Positions 48,057 to 58,747 are shown, counted from the stretch's first letter. The stretch: 64,000 bases of DNA from an uncultured Collinsella sp. (GCA_902469185.1 CABRBD010000028.1:27644-91643); one strand, 5' to 3'. Numbers and translations: made by a program. The notes: generated by a model from the letters alone, not told the origin.

Positions 48057-49361
48057 CTACTGGTTGTCAGCAGCCGAGAAATCCATATCGAGCGAGGAAA
48101 CGGCCCAGCCGATATGGTTGTCGGAGCGCACGAATTTGACGGTGTACTCCTGCTCGCCGCCCTTGGACAGCGATGCCTTCACCTTGGCGGTCGTCTCGGT
48201 CATGGACTGATCCATGCCCTCGACGGACACGGTGGCACCCTGCGGAATCGAGGAGATGATCATCGACTTGGCGTCCTCGGACAGGCTCGAGGCCAGGTAA
48301 GACTCGGCCTTTGCGGTGTCACCGTCGCCGGCAGCCTGGAACAGATCGGTAACGACAGACTCCTGAGACGGGAAGCCAAAGCCGCGCGTGTAGGCAAAGC
48401 CCAGACCGCCCGCGGCGATCAAAATGAGCAGAAGCAGCACGATAAAGACTTTGAGACCCGTGTGGCGATGGCGGCGACGGACCTTGGCCTGCTTGCGGTC
48501 CTGACGGTCCTGCTGGACCATCTCGGACTCGGACAGCGTAAAGAAGCCGGTGTCCGAGGGATCGGGCATAAACTGACCGGTCGCGCCCGTAGGATCGAGC
48601 GGATCGACGGCAGGAGCGTCCATCGCGGGCGCCGGAGCCGTGGCCATAGCCGTCTGGGCAGACAGCGCGGCAAGCGAATCGTGCACGCGGGCAAGCTCAT
48701 CGGCCTGCTCGGAGGTGAGCTGGTAGATGCCATCGGCAGTAGCGGCGTTAAAGGCGTCGAGTGCGTCGGAGGGACGGCCGGCGGCAGAAAGCGCCTGACC
48801 CATGCCGGCGTTGAGCGCACGCGTGTCGTCGCGGGGGCCGGCAAAGTCGATAGCCGTGCGGTAGGTCTCCACGGCATCCGCCGGACGGCCGAGCTTAATG
48901 AAGCAACGACCGAGCTCGCCGAGTGCGGCGGCAGGAGCCGGATTGGCGCCGTCGATGGCGGCCTGACGGAAGGCAGTACCAGCGTTTGCATAGTCGCCCG
49001 ACTGGAACAGCGCGTTGCCCAGGCCCAGATAGGCCTTAAACGGCGTGGCATAGGAAGCATCCTGCGTAGCGGCAGAGAACGCCTGGGCGGCCGTCGTGTA
49101 GTCGCCCACGGCGGCGAGCGCCTTGCCGCGGTTGGTGAGCAGCGCGCCGCGCTTGCCGTAGGTGCCGTCGTTGAGGGCGGCGGCGTAGGCCTCGGCGGCC
49201 TCGGCATACATGCCCAGGTGCATCAAGGCGTTGCCACGAAGGTGATCGGCCTCGCCCATAATCTCATCGGGAGTCTTTGCCGCCCCAAGCATCTGGGCTG
49301 CAGCGGAAAAATCACCCGCGCGGTAAGCGGCGCGGCCCTGTTGGATCAGCTGGCTATTCAA
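48057..49361 (-). CDS. TPR-repeat membrane-anchored protein
   Basis: Several TPR-like repeats (GNAL..LG.Y.EA...Y), basic stretch + TM, small extracellular C-terminal domain. Confidence 0.8.
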   Translation of the reverse strand: MNSQLIQQGRAAYRAGDFSAAAQMLGAAKTPDEIMGEADHLRGNALMHLGMYAEAAEAYAAALNDGTYGKRGALLTNRGKALAAVGDYTTAAQAFSAATQDASYATPFKAYLGLGNALFQSGDYANAGTAFRQAAIDGANPAPAAALGELGRCFIKLGRPADAVETYRTAIDFAGPRDDTRALNAGMGQALSAAGRPSDALDAFNAATADGIYQLTSEQADELARVHDSLAALSAQTAMATAPAPAMDAPAVDPLDPTGATGQFMPDPSDTGFFTLSESEMVQQDRQDRKQAKVRRRHRHTGLKVFIVLLLLILIAAGGLGFAYTRGFGFPSQESVVTDLFQAAGDGDTAKAESYLASSLSEDAKSMIISSIPQGATVSVEGMDQSMTETTAKVKASLSKGGEQEYTVKFVRSDNHIGWAVSSLDMDFSAADNQ

Positions 49362-49372
49362 GGAAGTCCCCT

Positions 49373-49915
49373 TTACTCGTGAACGATCTCGACATGGACG
49401 ATCTCGTCGCCGGCACGCAGCTGCGAAATCACATCGAGACCCTCGACCGTGGTACCAAAGACGGTGTAACCGGAATCGAGGTTATGCTGGGCACCCAGGC
49501 AGAAGTAGAACTGCGAACCCGCGGAATCGGGGTCCATGGAGCGTGCCATGGCAAGGGCACCATCGACATGGCTGTTGCGCGGATTGGTGGCAAACTCGCC
49601 CTTGATGCAGTAGCCGGGGCCACCGGTACCGGGCATGCCGTCGGGGCCCTCAAGGCCGGCAGCGACGTCGGCGCCGGACATGTCGCGGGTATTGGGGTCG
49701 CCACCCTGAATGACAAAGCCGGGCACATAGCGATGGAACTTAAGGCCATCATAGAAACCCATCGTGGAAAGCTCGCAGAAGTTCGCGACATGAATGGGAG
49801 CGCCCTCGCCGTCAAACTTAACCTTGATGGTACCCTTCGACGTCTCGATAACGGCGCACTCGTCGCCGGCAAGCTGATACTCGGGCGTGTAGAGCTCTTT
49901 CTTAAAACCAAACAT
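49373..49915 (-). CDS. Cyclophilin-type peptidyl-prolyl isomerase
   Basis: FHRYVPGFVIQGGDP, AMAR, SAGSQFY, YTVFG. Confidence 0.95.
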   Translation of the reverse strand: MFGFKKELYTPEYQLAGDECAVIETSKGTIKVKFDGEGAPIHVANFCELSTMGFYDGLKFHRYVPGFVIQGGDPNTRDMSGADVAAGLEGPDGMPGTGGPGYCIKGEFATNPRNSHVDGALAMARSMDPDSAGSQFYFCLGAQHNLDSGYTVFGTTVEGLDVISQLRAGDEIVHVEIVHE

Positions 49916-50022
49916 GTGGTTCCTTCCTCGTGCGTTTAAAGCATATTTGTACGAATTGTAGCAATAAGCATGCGCTTACATCAATTGCGCACGTAGGTTA
50001 TGCCGACTATGGCGAACTAATT

Positions 50023-51165
50023 TTAGTTACGCTGCTGCGGCTTCCAGGAGCCCACGTTGGCGTCGTACTGATTAAGCGCGCTGTTGCCACTCTGCGCGAT
50101 GGGCGCCAGGATCTCGCTTTGGTGAGAACTCATCGACTCGCCATCGGGAATGGCCAGCGAGATGTCCCAACTCTGGCAGATCACGTCGATGCGCTCATAC
50201 ATCCACTCGGCAAGCTGCTTTAAGTGGGCGATGTCGTCCGCATAGACCGTATCGTCCTGATACTTAAGGTTGTTGAGCTCATCTTGCGTCTTTTTTATCT
50301 GGTCACGCAGGGCGTAGGCACTCTGCGACAGCTCCTGACGGGTGGACAGTGGCGTTCGAAGATAGCCGTTGTTAAAAGAATCGATGACCTCGCCGATCTG
50401 GTCCTCGTCACCGTAGGACACGATGGTCTGATACAGACCGTCGAGCCTGGTATAGAGCTGATCATCTGTGAGCACGGTTTCTTCCTGGACCACCTCGGCA
50501 GAATCGTCCTGCTTGGTATCGTCTTCAGTCGCCTCGCCTTTTTGGCGCGTGGGGAAGGTGGTTTGCGCAGCTTGGCCAAACTGGTCGTAGAAGCCAGGCA
50601 TGACACCCATGGGATCGGTCGTCACGAACCAATAGGCACCGCCGCAAACGACGGCAAGGATCGCGATGACGATGAGCGGCTTGGGGATATGACGCTTGTG
50701 CTTGTGATAGGCGTCCTCGTCGGGATGCACCTTGCGCTTGGGTTTTTGAGCATCGTCATGCAGGGAAACGGGCGTGGGAATATCGACCTTGGGGATACCG
50801 AAATCCTTATCGAAAGCCGGCAGCACGCAGGTCTCATTGGGGTCAGCGGCGTCCGAAAGCACCGCAGCGGCAGAGGCCGGCGCATGCGGCACCTCGGTAT
50901 CGATCTGCTCTTGCGTTAGGCGCGGAAAGCCCGCCGTGCGGCCCGCTGCCAGGTCGGATGCGGCCGCGTCCTCGGAGAGGATACCAGGAGCGGGGCGTCC
51001 GCATTTGGGGCATGTACGATCATGCGGAGAAAGACGGGCACCGCAGCCCTCACAGAACACAAACTCGGTGTGCTCGGGACCATCGCCCGGACCCACATAG
51101 GCGTTGCAGTAGGGGCAGAACGAGGCGCCGTCCTCGATAGTCTTAAGGCAATGCGGGCAGATCAC
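50023..51165 (-). CDS. Double zinc-ribbon membrane protein
   Basis: CPHC/CPYC/CEGC/CPKC, central TM helix, helical C-terminal domain; GTG start at 51165. Confidence 0.75.
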   Translation of the reverse strand: MICPHCLKTIEDGASFCPYCNAYVGPGDGPEHTEFVFCEGCGARLSPHDRTCPKCGRPAPGILSEDAAASDLAAGRTAGFPRLTQEQIDTEVPHAPASAAAVLSDAADPNETCVLPAFDKDFGIPKVDIPTPVSLHDDAQKPKRKVHPDEDAYHKHKRHIPKPLIVIAILAVVCGGAYWFVTTDPMGVMPGFYDQFGQAAQTTFPTRQKGEATEDDTKQDDSAEVVQEETVLTDDQLYTRLDGLYQTIVSYGDEDQIGEVIDSFNNGYLRTPLSTRQELSQSAYALRDQIKKTQDELNNLKYQDDTVYADDIAHLKQLAEWMYERIDVICQSWDISLAIPDGESMSSHQSEILAPIAQSGNSALNQYDANVGSWKPQQRN

Positions 51166-51268
51166 GGCATCCTCTTTTCGAAGCAATTCAAACAATCGAG
51201 GTTAGAGCATAACATCGCCACGGCCCCACAGGAACAAGGCACCAATTCAACATCGCCAGGGCGCGTAG

Positions 51269-53992
51269 CTACTTCTTCTTTTTGCTTGGCATCGAGACTT
51301 TGATGCCTTGGGCGGACTTGGTCACGCGAGAGCGCTTGGCTCCGGTACCCTTCTTTTTCTTGGGCTGGGCCTGGGTCACGCCCTCGAGTGCGCGGGCCTC
51401 GGCCTCACGAACGGTGCGAGCTTCGCGGCGCTGCGCCATGTCGGCGGCGACGCGCTTGGCAAAACGCTCCGCCGTCGAACCCGTCGAGCTCACCTTGCCG
51501 CCACCGCGACCCAGGCGGACGCGCACACCGCGGCCAAAACCAGTTGCGGCATGACGACGACGCGGCTTGAGCGAATCCATCATCGTGGCGAGCTTAAAGA
51601 ACACCGAGCAGGTAAAGACCACGATGACAGCCAAGATAACCATCTGGCCCATCGACAGGTTGGCAATAGACAGCAGCTCCGGGAATCCGATAACGCCCAC
51701 CAAGATGCCGGCGACTACAAACACAAAGAGCACCACACGTAAGGGCGTGAGAGGCTGCGAGATGCGCCAAATCAGGCTGACGCTCGCCGCGCACGACGTA
51801 AGCAGGCACATCGTAGACAGCGTGAGCTGGCTAAAGCCAAACACGCGCGCCACAAAGATATCGAGCGCCGCAGCCAAAATGACCGCAATCGACGCCGGCA
51901 GTGCACGCTTGAGTACGTTGGTCAAAAACGACCCCTTCACGCGAGCATTGTTGGGCTCCAGGCCCAACACAAAGCCCGGCGCGCCAATACAGAAGAAGTT
52001 AATGAGCGTCATCTGGATGGGCTCGAAAGGATACGGCGGCAGCGCGATGCACAGCGCCGCCAGGCCCATCGAGAACAGCGTCTTGGTCAGGAACAGCGAG
52101 GCCGAACGCTGCAGGTTGTTGATGGAGCGACGGCCCTCGGCCACCACGGCGGGCATCGAGGCAAAGTCGTTGTCGACGAGTACGATCTCGGCCACGTTGC
52201 GCGCGGCATCGGAACCGGCCGCCATGGCGACGGAGCAGTCGGCCTCCTTGAGCGCCAGCACGTCGTTGACGCCGTCGCCCGTCATGGCCACGGTGTGCTC
52301 GCGGCGCTTGAGCGCCTGCACGAGCTCGCGCTTCTGCTGCGGGGTCACACGACCAAAGACATGGTAGCGGTCCACTGCGGCATCGAGCTTTGCCGGCGTA
52401 TCGAGCGTCGTGGCGTCCACATAAGCGTCCGCTCCCGGCACGCCCACCACGCGCGCGATCGACGACACCGTACGCGGGTCGTCGCCACTGATCACGTTGA
52501 GGGTCACGCCCTGCTCGTTAAAGTAGCCGATGGTCTCGGCCGCCGAGGTACGAATCTCGTCGCGGATGGTCACAAAGCCCACGGGCTCGACCTCGCCCAC
52601 CATATCGCCATCGGGCGTAAAGCCGTCCACGCGCGCCACCACGAGCACGCGGCAGGTATCGGCAAGCTCGGCGACACGGTTCTCGACCTGCGAAAACACA
52701 CGCTCCGAAAGCACAAACTGCGCGGCGCCCATCACATAGGAGCCCTGCGCAAAAGAAGCGCCACTCCATTTTTTAGACGACGAGAACGGAATGACCGACA
52801 GCGGCTCAGACACCTCGACCGGGCGATCGGCGTAATAGTTGAGCAGCGCCTGGCAGGTCTCGTTGGCATCGGCCGAAGTCGCACGTGCCACGTTAGCCAG
52901 CGCAAAATCGAGCACTGTGGTATCGACGGGAACAGCCGCCTCCTCCGAGTCCACGCCAAAGCCAACACCCTCAACAGGCAGCGGATACGTACCCTCGACC
53001 TCCATGCGTCCCGACGTAATGGTGCCCGTCTTGTCCAGGCACAGCACGTCGACGCGAGCGAGCGTCTCGATGCAGTAGAGCTGCTGCGCCAGTACCTTGC
53101 GGCGGGCCAGGCGCACCGTGGCGATGGCGAGCACCGACGAGGTCAGCAGCACCAGGCCTTGCGGGATCATGCCCAGCAGGGCGCCCACCGTGGACAGCAG
53201 CGCCGACGAAGGCACATGACCAGCCAACAGCTCGGAGAAGCACCACGAAAGCGCGCTATCGCCCGGGGTTCCCGCGGCATCCCACAGCTCGCTCACACTC
53301 GAAGCAAACAGCGCCAAACCAAGCGGGATCATGATGATGCTCGCAAAGCGCACGATGGCGTTGAGCGCGTTCATGATCTCGGAATTGACCTTTTTGACGT
53401 ACTTGGCCTCGTTATTAATTTTGGCCACGTAGTTGTCGGCGCCGACATGAATCACGCGGGCGCGCAGCAAGCCCGAGTCGATAAAGCTGCCGCTCATGAG
53501 CTCGGAACCGGGCTGTTTCTTAATAAGGTCGCTCTCGCCCGTCAGCAGGCTCTCGTTCACGAGCGCCTCGCCCGAAACCACCACGGCGTCAGCGGGAATC
53601 TGATCGCCGCGCCCCAGGCGGATGATGTCGTCGAGCACGATCTGGTCCAAGTCGAGCTCCACCTCGGCACCGTCGCGCACCGCGATGGCCTTCTTGGAGG
53701 TCAGCAGCGTGAGCTTATCGACCATCTTCTTGGAACGCATGGACTGAATGACGCCGATAGCGGTGTTCAAGAACACCACGAACAGGAACGTCAGATTCTT
53801 AAACGAACCGGTCAAAATGACCAGGAAAGCCAAGATCACGTTGATCAAATTGAACAGCGTGCAGAGGTTCTCGATGATGAGCTCTTTGACCGACTTGGTC
53901 TTGAGCTCCATGTTGCGGTTGATCTTACCGGCGGCGATGCGCTCCTCGACCTCGGCGGTCGAGAGTCCGCGCTCGATATCCGTTGCTGCCAT
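51269..53992 (-). CDS. P-type ATPase (CtpE-like)
   Basis: LTGES, DKTGT, VISGD, MTGDGVND. Confidence 0.93.
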   Translation of the reverse strand: MAATDIERGLSTAEVEERIAAGKINRNMELKTKSVKELIIENLCTLFNLINVILAFLVILTGSFKNLTFLFVVFLNTAIGVIQSMRSKKMVDKLTLLTSKKAIAVRDGAEVELDLDQIVLDDIIRLGRGDQIPADAVVVSGEALVNESLLTGESDLIKKQPGSELMSGSFIDSGLLRARVIHVGADNYVAKINNEAKYVKKVNSEIMNALNAIVRFASIIMIPLGLALFASSVSELWDAAGTPGDSALSWCFSELLAGHVPSSALLSTVGALLGMIPQGLVLLTSSVLAIATVRLARRKVLAQQLYCIETLARVDVLCLDKTGTITSGRMEVEGTYPLPVEGVGFGVDSEEAAVPVDTTVLDFALANVARATSADANETCQALLNYYADRPVEVSEPLSVIPFSSSKKWSGASFAQGSYVMGAAQFVLSERVFSQVENRVAELADTCRVLVVARVDGFTPDGDMVGEVEPVGFVTIRDEIRTSAAETIGYFNEQGVTLNVISGDDPRTVSSIARVVGVPGADAYVDATTLDTPAKLDAAVDRYHVFGRVTPQQKRELVQALKRREHTVAMTGDGVNDVLALKEADCSVAMAAGSDAARNVAEIVLVDNDFASMPAVVAEGRRSINNLQRSASLFLTKTLFSMGLAALCIALPPYPFEPIQMTLINFFCIGAPGFVLGLEPNNARVKGSFLTNVLKRALPASIAVILAAALDIFVARVFGFSQLTLSTMCLLTSCAASVSLIWRISQPLTPLRVVLFVFVVAGILVGVIGFPELLSIANLSMGQMVILAVIVVFTCSVFFKLATMMDSLKPRRRHAATGFGRGVRVRLGRGGGKVSSTGSTAERFAKRVAADMAQRREARTVREAEARALEGVTQAQPKKKKGTGAKRSRVTKSAQGIKVSMPSKKKK

Positions 53993-54022
53993 ACCACGTC
54001 CCATCACGTCGCGTCGGTATAA

Positions 54023-54058
54023 GAAAAACCGCCCGGACCATGCGAGGTTCGGACGGTC
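54023..54058 (-). terminator. Terminator after tRNA-Arg(CCG)
   Basis: accgcccggacc...ggttcggacggt hairpin with U tract on the - strand. Confidence 0.65.
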
Positions 54059-54068
54059 TTACGTTCGA

Positions 54069-54145
54069 TGGTGCCCCATGTTGGATTCGAACCAACGACC
54101 TTCTGCTCCGGAGGCAGACGCTCTAATCCCCTGAGCTAATAGGGC
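54069..54145 (-). tRNA. tRNA-Arg (anticodon CCG)
   Basis: Reverse complement GCCCTATTAGCTCAGGGG...TCTGC-CTCCGGA-GCAGA...GGTTCGAATCC...ATGGGGCACCA folds as a cloverleaf with encoded CCA. Confidence 0.96.
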
Positions 54146-54349
54146 CAACGTTTGGCATTATACCCAAGTGCACCACGGGCTATCAAAATAAAAGAAAAAG
54201 CTTTGCAATTCCGAGGAAGACGCGGCGCAACGGCCCACTTTATAAGGCAAAAGCGAGTCAGATAGTATAAACTCTCATGCACCATATATACACGGCTCGC
54301 GATGCGGGCCGTTTTTGCAAGGGTTATCCATCGAGGTTAGAGGCGCACC

Positions 54350-55372
54350 ATGATTGCAATTTTAAAGCAGAGCGCCAGCGACGAGGCCGTCAGCCATATC
54401 GTCAGCTGGATTGAGAAAAAGGGTCTGAAGACCGATGTCTCGCGCGGCGAGAACGAGACGATCATCGGCCTGGTGGGCGATACGACCAAGATCGACCCGT
54501 TCCTGCTCGAGTCTATGGACGTCGTCGAGCGCGTACAGCGCGTCTCCGAGCCGTTCAAGCGCGCCAACCGCAAGTTCCACCCCGAGGACTCCGTCATCGA
54601 CTGCGGCCACGGCGTACATGTAGGCGGCGATCAGTTCCAGGTCATCGCCGGCCCGTGCTCCGTCGAGGGCGAGAACCTCATCCGCATCGCCCGCCGCGTG
54701 AAGGCAGCAGGCGCCACGATGCTGCGCGGCGGCGCCTACAAGCCCCGCACGTCCCCCTACGCCTACCAGGGCATGGGCCCCGCCGGCCTCGACCTGCTGT
54801 GCGAGGCGTCTGCCGAGCTCGACATGCCGATCGTCACCGAGATCATGGACCCACGCGACGTGCAGGTCTTCTTGGACAAGAAGATTGACGTCATGCAGAT
54901 CGGCGCCCGCAACGCCCAGAACTTCCCCCTGCTCAAAGAGGTCGGCAAGACCCAGACCCCGATTCTGCTCAAGCGCGGCATGTCCGGCACGATCGACGAG
55001 CTGCTCATGGCCGCCGAGTACATCATGAGCGAGGGCAACGACAACGTCATCCTGTGCGAGCGCGGTATCCGCACCTTCGAGACTCGCACCCGCAACACCT
55101 TTGACCTCAACGCCGTGCCGGTGCTGCACCACCTGTCGCACCTGCCCGTCGTCGCCGACCCCAGCCACGCCACCGGCTACACCCGCTACGTTGAGCCCAT
55201 GGCGCTCGCCGCGACCGCCTGCGGTGCCAACGGCCTGGAGATTGAGGTCCACGATGAGCCGAGCCGCGCCTGGTCCGACGGCGCCCAGGCCCTCACCCCC
55301 GATCAGTTCGACGACACCATGCGCCGCATCCGAGCCATCCGCGAAGTTGTCTGCCAAGAGACCATGGAGTAG
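54350..55372 (+). CDS. aroF: DAHP synthase, type I-beta with N-terminal regulatory domain
   Basis: IAGPCSVE, RGGAYKPRTSPY, QIGARN, LKRG, CERGIR, DPSH. Confidence 0.95.
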   Translation: MIAILKQSASDEAVSHIVSWIEKKGLKTDVSRGENETIIGLVGDTTKIDPFLLESMDVVERVQRVSEPFKRANRKFHPEDSVIDCGHGVHVGGDQFQVIAGPCSVEGENLIRIARRVKAAGATMLRGGAYKPRTSPYAYQGMGPAGLDLLCEASAELDMPIVTEIMDPRDVQVFLDKKIDVMQIGARNAQNFPLLKEVGKTQTPILLKRGMSGTIDELLMAAEYIMSEGNDNVILCERGIRTFETRTRNTFDLNAVPVLHHLSHLPVVADPSHATGYTRYVEPMALAATACGANGLEIEVHDEPSRAWSDGAQALTPDQFDDTMRRIRAIREVVCQETME

Positions 55373-55375
55373 CCC

Positions 55376-56290
55376 ATGGGTACGGTGAGAAACGCGCGCG
55401 TTAACCAAGGCGGCCCTAAGTGCGCCGGCATCGTCGGCCTTGGCCTCATCGGCGGCAGCTTTGCCCGCGGCTATGCGCAGGCGGGCGTCCGCGTGCTGGC
55501 CTGGGACCCCGATGACGATGTCATGACGGCCGCCAGCATGGGCACTGTCGCCGGAGAGCTCAACGACAAGACACTCGGCGAATGCGACATCATCGTCCTG
55601 GCTTGCTACCCCGAGGCCTGCATCGAGTGGCTCGAGGCGCATGCTCAGGCACTCGCCGACGCCACCGACACCGAGGCCATCATGGGCCCCGTTGTGATCG
55701 ACACGGTGGGCGTCAAGGGCATCGTGTGCGAGCGCGCCTTTGAGCTTGCCCGCGAGCACGGCTTTTACTTTGTAGGCGCGCACCCCATGGCGGGCACGCA
55801 GTACTCGGGCTATGCGCACTCCCGCGCCGACATGTTCCAGGGCGCGCCACTCGTGCTCGTGCCGCCCGCGGTGGACGATGCGCTCAAGCTCGAGCTTTTG
55901 GGCCAGGTGCGCGAGATGGTGCGCCCCTTGGGCTTTGGCAAGTTCAGCGTGACCAGCGCCGCCGAGCACGACCGCGTCATCGCCTTCACGAGCCAGCTTG
56001 CGCACGTGGTATCCAACGCCTACGTCAAAAGCCCCACTGCCCAGGTCCACCACGGCTTTTCGGCCGGTAGCTACCGCGATCTCACCCGCGTGGCGCACCT
56101 CAACCCGCAAATGTGGTCCGAGCTCATGATCGACGACGCCGACGCGCTCGCCTTCGAGATCGACCATCTGATCGACTCGCTTGGCGCCTACAGCCGCGCG
56201 CTCAAGGATCGCGACCAGCGCTATCTGGAGAATCTCCTTGCCGAGGGCGACCGCATCAAGCGCGCACTCGACGACGAGGCCGCCCACTAG
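55376..56290 (+). CDS. tyrA: Prephenate dehydrogenase
   Basis: GLGLIGGS, HPMAG, HDRVIAFTSQLAH, DLTRVA. Confidence 0.93.
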   Translation: MGTVRNARVNQGGPKCAGIVGLGLIGGSFARGYAQAGVRVLAWDPDDDVMTAASMGTVAGELNDKTLGECDIIVLACYPEACIEWLEAHAQALADATDTEAIMGPVVIDTVGVKGIVCERAFELAREHGFYFVGAHPMAGTQYSGYAHSRADMFQGAPLVLVPPAVDDALKLELLGQVREMVRPLGFGKFSVTSAAEHDRVIAFTSQLAHVVSNAYVKSPTAQVHHGFSAGSYRDLTRVAHLNPQMWSELMIDDADALAFEIDHLIDSLGAYSRALKDRDQRYLENLLAEGDRIKRALDDEAAH

Positions 56291-56326
56291 ACCACTCATC
56301 ACGCCAGGTCGAAAGGACCGAAGCTT

Positions 56327-57433
56327 ATGGCGATTACCATCGATATCGACACCGCACACCCCTACCAGGTGCATGTGGGCACGTTTTTGCTGGAGCAGGC
56401 GGGACCGCTCGTGCGCGCCACTGCCGGCGGCACCAAAGCCGTCATCGTGACGGACACCAACGTCGGCCCGCTCTACCAGATGCCCGTTAAGCAGAGCCTG
56501 GAGGCGTCAGGCTACGAGGTGAGCATCTGCACCTTCGAGGCCGGCGAGGCCCATAAGCGTGCCGAGACCTACGTTGCCATCCTGGAGTTTGTGGCCCAGC
56601 ACGAGCTTTCGCGCTCTGACGTGATCGTGGCGCTCGGCGGCGGCGTCGTGGGCGACGTGGCGGGCTTTGTGGCCGCCACCTACATGCGCGGCTGCAAGTT
56701 CGTGCAGATTCCCACAAGCCTGCTCGCCATGGTGGATTCGTCGGTCGGCGGCAAGACGGCCATCGACCTGGCTGCCGGCAAAAACCTCGCGGGCGCCTTC
56801 TGGCAGCCGAGCGTGGTTATCGCCGACGTGGGGTGCCTGGCCACTCTCACGCCCGAGCAGTTCGCCGACGGATGCGGTGAGGTCGTCAAGCACGCCGTGA
56901 TCGCCGATCCGGAACTCTTCACCGAGCTCGAGAAGACCCCGCTCACGCTGGAGCTGCTCAACCGCGATGTGGCCCGCGTAGCGCTCATCATCGCCCGCAA
57001 CATCGATATCAAGCGCGCCGTAGTCGTTGCCGACGAGCGCGAGACCAACCAGCGCAAGCTGCTCAACTTTGGACACAGCGCCGGACATGCCGTCGAGGCC
57101 TGCGAGCATTTTGAGCTGGGACATGGAAACTGCGTGTCGATCGGTATGGGCATCATCACGCGCGCCGCCGCCCTGCATGGCACCTGCGATGCCGAGCTGC
57201 CCGGTCGTATTGAGGAGCTCTGCGCGCGCCACGGCCTCAAGACCCGCTGCGAGCTTTCCGCCGATGCCGTCTTTGCCGAAGCGCTCCACGACAAGAAGCG
57301 CGCGGGCGACACCATCGACCTGGTGATTCCGCACGGCATTGGCCGTTGCAGCATCGACCGCACGCCACTTTCCACTTTCCACGAACTCATTGCCGAGGGC
57401 CTCGGCCAGAAGGGAGACGCATCCGCATGCTAG
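56327..57433 (+). CDS. aroB: 3-dehydroquinate synthase
   Basis: GGGVVGD, PTSLLAMVDSSVGGKT, LLNFGH, HG. Confidence 0.96.
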   Translation: MAITIDIDTAHPYQVHVGTFLLEQAGPLVRATAGGTKAVIVTDTNVGPLYQMPVKQSLEASGYEVSICTFEAGEAHKRAETYVAILEFVAQHELSRSDVIVALGGGVVGDVAGFVAATYMRGCKFVQIPTSLLAMVDSSVGGKTAIDLAAGKNLAGAFWQPSVVIADVGCLATLTPEQFADGCGEVVKHAVIADPELFTELEKTPLTLELLNRDVARVALIIARNIDIKRAVVVADERETNQRKLLNFGHSAGHAVEACEHFELGHGNCVSIGMGIITRAAALHGTCDAELPGRIEELCARHGLKTRCELSADAVFAEALHDKKRAGDTIDLVIPHGIGRCSIDRTPLSTFHELIAEGLGQKGDASAC

Positions 57434-58746
57434 CCCGCATCACCCCGTCCCCGCTCAAGGGCACCGTTCCCGCCATCGCGTCCAAGTCGATGGCGCATCG
57501 CCTCATCATCTGCGCTGCGCTTGCCAACGGCGAGACGCACGTCACCTGCAACACCACCTGCGCCGACATCGAGGCCACGGTGCGTTGCCTTACGGCCCTG
57601 GGCGCTCGCATCGAGACTGTCGAGGACGGCTTCCAGGTCCACCCCACCATGAAGAGTGTTGAGTTTGGCCTGCTCAAGGCCCTTGCCGGCGGCACGCTCG
57701 ACTGCGGTGAAAGCGGCTCCACGCTCCGCTTTATGTTGCCCGTCGCCTGCGCGCTGGGTGCGGATGCCACCTTCGTGGGCCAGGGCCGCCTGGGTGCCCG
57801 CCCGCTCTCCCCGCTCTCGGACGAGATCATCGCCGCCGGTTGCGACCTGCAGGGCCTGGGCGGTTTTCCGCTCAAGACGAGCGGCCGCATGCGCCCGGGC
57901 ACCTTTGTGCTGCCGGGCAACGTGAGCTCGCAGTATATCTCCGGCCTGCTGCTGGCGGCCCCGCTGCTGGCCCAGCCCTCCTGCGTGCAGGTGACCGGCC
58001 TCATCGAAAGCCGCCCCTACATCAACCTGACGACCCAGGCCATGAAGGCCTTCGGCGTCGAGGTCAACGTCGAGCGCATTCCGGCCAAGGACGGCCAGCC
58101 CGAGGTTACGAATTTCCGCGTGAACAGCGGCTCGTACCGCACGCCCGGCAGCGTAGCCGTCGAGGGCGACTGGTCCAACGCCGCCTTTTGGCTGTGCGCC
58201 GGTGCCATCGGCACCGACCCCATCACCGTCGAGGGCGTCTCGCTCAGCTCCGCACAGGGCGACCGCAACGTACTTGCCGCGCTCTCGCGCTTTGGCGCCC
58301 GCATCGTGCGCTCCACCAACGCCGCCACCGTGCAGTCCGACAAGCTCGCCGGCTTTGAGATGAGCGCGCACGACATCCCCGACCTGGTGCCCGTCATCTC
58401 GGCCGTGGCATCGCTGGCGCAAGGCCGCACGTTCATCCGCGATTGCGCCCGCCTGCGCATCAAGGAATCCGACCGCCTGGCAACTACTACCCGCGAGCTC
58501 ACCGCGCTGGGCGCGCAGGTGCGCATTGCCGGTGATGACCTCATCATCAAGGGTGTCGACGCCTTTACCGGCGGCGAGATCGATTCGCACAACGACCACC
58601 GCATTGCCATGATGGCCGCCATTGCCGCAAGCCGTGCCACCGGCGAGGTCGTGATTCACGGCGCCGAAGCGGTCAACAAGTCCTATCCCGATTTCTTCGA
58701 CCACTACCGCCTGCTGGGCGGCAAGGTCACACTCGAGGAGGAATAA
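57427..58746 (+). CDS. aroA: EPSP synthase
   Basis: SKSMAHR, CGESGSTLRF, SSQYISG, LRIKESDR, DHRIAM, KSYP; ATG at 57427. Confidence 0.96.
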   Translation: MLARITPSPLKGTVPAIASKSMAHRLIICAALANGETHVTCNTTCADIEATVRCLTALGARIETVEDGFQVHPTMKSVEFGLLKALAGGTLDCGESGSTLRFMLPVACALGADATFVGQGRLGARPLSPLSDEIIAAGCDLQGLGGFPLKTSGRMRPGTFVLPGNVSSQYISGLLLAAPLLAQPSCVQVTGLIESRPYINLTTQAMKAFGVEVNVERIPAKDGQPEVTNFRVNSGSYRTPGSVAVEGDWSNAAFWLCAGAIGTDPITVEGVSLSSAQGDRNVLAALSRFGARIVRSTNAATVQSDKLAGFEMSAHDIPDLVPVISAVASLAQGRTFIRDCARLRIKESDRLATTTRELTALGAQVRIAGDDLIIKGVDAFTGGEIDSHNDHRIAMMAAIAASRATGEVVIHGAEAVNKSYPDFFDHYRLLGGKVTLEEE

Positions 58747-58747
58747 C

